Assembly (NCBI RefSeq): GCF_009914755.1
Contig: NC_060935.1
Direction: 5' to 3' (one strand)
Length of the DNA stretch: 64,000 nucleotides
DNA from: the human T2T-CHM13v2.0 reference genome, Homo sapiens
Part shown: positions 63,191-64,000 of the stretch, piece after piece
Position numbering within the stretch: the stretch's first letter is position 1
How the letters are laid out: every line of letters begins with the position of its first letter
The notes under the pieces: generated by a model
Told to the model about the DNA's origin: nothing
The model's database searches: none
The model's input: only the letters and a program-made list of their open reading frames with translations
Made by a program: the position numbers and the translations under genes

Positions 63191-63444
63191 TTTTTTCCTC
63201 CTTCTTCATTATTTCCAGGAAAACCATTTTAAAAAGGAAGAAGATGCATGTAGGTATTCTCCCTAGATTGAGGATTAGAAACTTCGTTGGAAGAAATGCT
63301 TTTTTGCCTCTTCAAATAAAAGTATAGTTTTTAGTTTTTTTGTTCATAGTACAAAAATTAGAAAATACTCAGAGGTACCAGCACCCACACACCCATGCAC
63401 ACACTCACACCCACACACCCACAGTAAAACAATAACATACTCTT

Positions 63445-63865
63445 TCTATAGCAGTAGAATTTTTATCTACTCTATGGCCAGCCAAAATAAAGATTACATC
63501 CTAGTCTTCCTTGAAGCTGGGTATAGTCATTTGACTAAGTTTGTGTCAATGAGATGTGAGGGGCACTGGTATGTGCAACTTCTGGGTCATATCCTTAAGA
63601 CACGTGCACTATTTCTTTTTATCCTTTTCCTCCTGGCTGGAAATTGGGAATCATTACAACAACTCCTTTAGACCCAGACATGGAGGCCATGTGCTTACGA
63701 TGACAGAAAACTCCAGCAGCCTGAATCCCTGGGTCATTTCATGGAACAAAGCCTACCCACCTTTCCTAAACTGTTACATGAGAGAGAAATCAAATTCTTG
63801 TTTGAGCTGCTCCATTTTTTGTGCTTCCTTGATATGGTAGCTGAAATCAGCCTTAGCTAATTACA
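63445..63865 (+). mobile_element. Old MLT1-type LTR
   Basis: Similar to 25842-26290 (actacat/ttaca..., ggaggcca, acatgagagagaaat). Confidence 0.45.
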
Positions 63866-64000
63866 GAGAAGTGAGGTGTGTGCTTTCTTTTTCCTTTTCT
63901 TCATCCTATTGCTTGGAACAAGGGTGTGGGGGGGTGTCATCCTGGACCATGTGGAGAAGGTTGGTGCTGTAGTCATGGCAGAGCAGAAAGATAGAAGCCT

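Overview
This is the human RAG locus (chr11p12-13), identified from the proteins and from primate Alu/L1PA repeats. RAG1 is on the + strand: non-coding exon 1 at about 7183-7298, one coding exon with CDS 12481-15612 (1043 aa), and a 3.3 kb 3'UTR. RAG2 is on the - strand, convergent with RAG1: non-coding exon 1 at about 37276-37453 and CDS 31758-33341 (527 aa). A third gene, IFTAP (C11orf74/NWC, + strand), starts from a CpG-rich promoter with ZNF143-type motifs inside the RAG2 intron; its first coding exon is 49254-49412 and the rest of the gene lies beyond the window. The RAG1 allele encodes Arg249 and Arg820, matching the H249R and K820R variants as I recall the reference. Candidate lymphoid enhancers include an E-box/ETS/Forkhead/Myb cluster at about 58.4-59.1 kb that is probably Erag. 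Repeats include a complete MST MaLR element with target-site duplications (TSDs), a THE1 solo LTR, a young 5'-truncated L1, a MER1 hAT element, eight Alus and microsatellites. The core system, a domesticated Transib/RAG transposon beside the NWC promoter, is well known. I found no convincing undescribed system, so the findings are testable fine-structure hypotheses. Repeat subfamily names and literature links come from memory, not from database searches.
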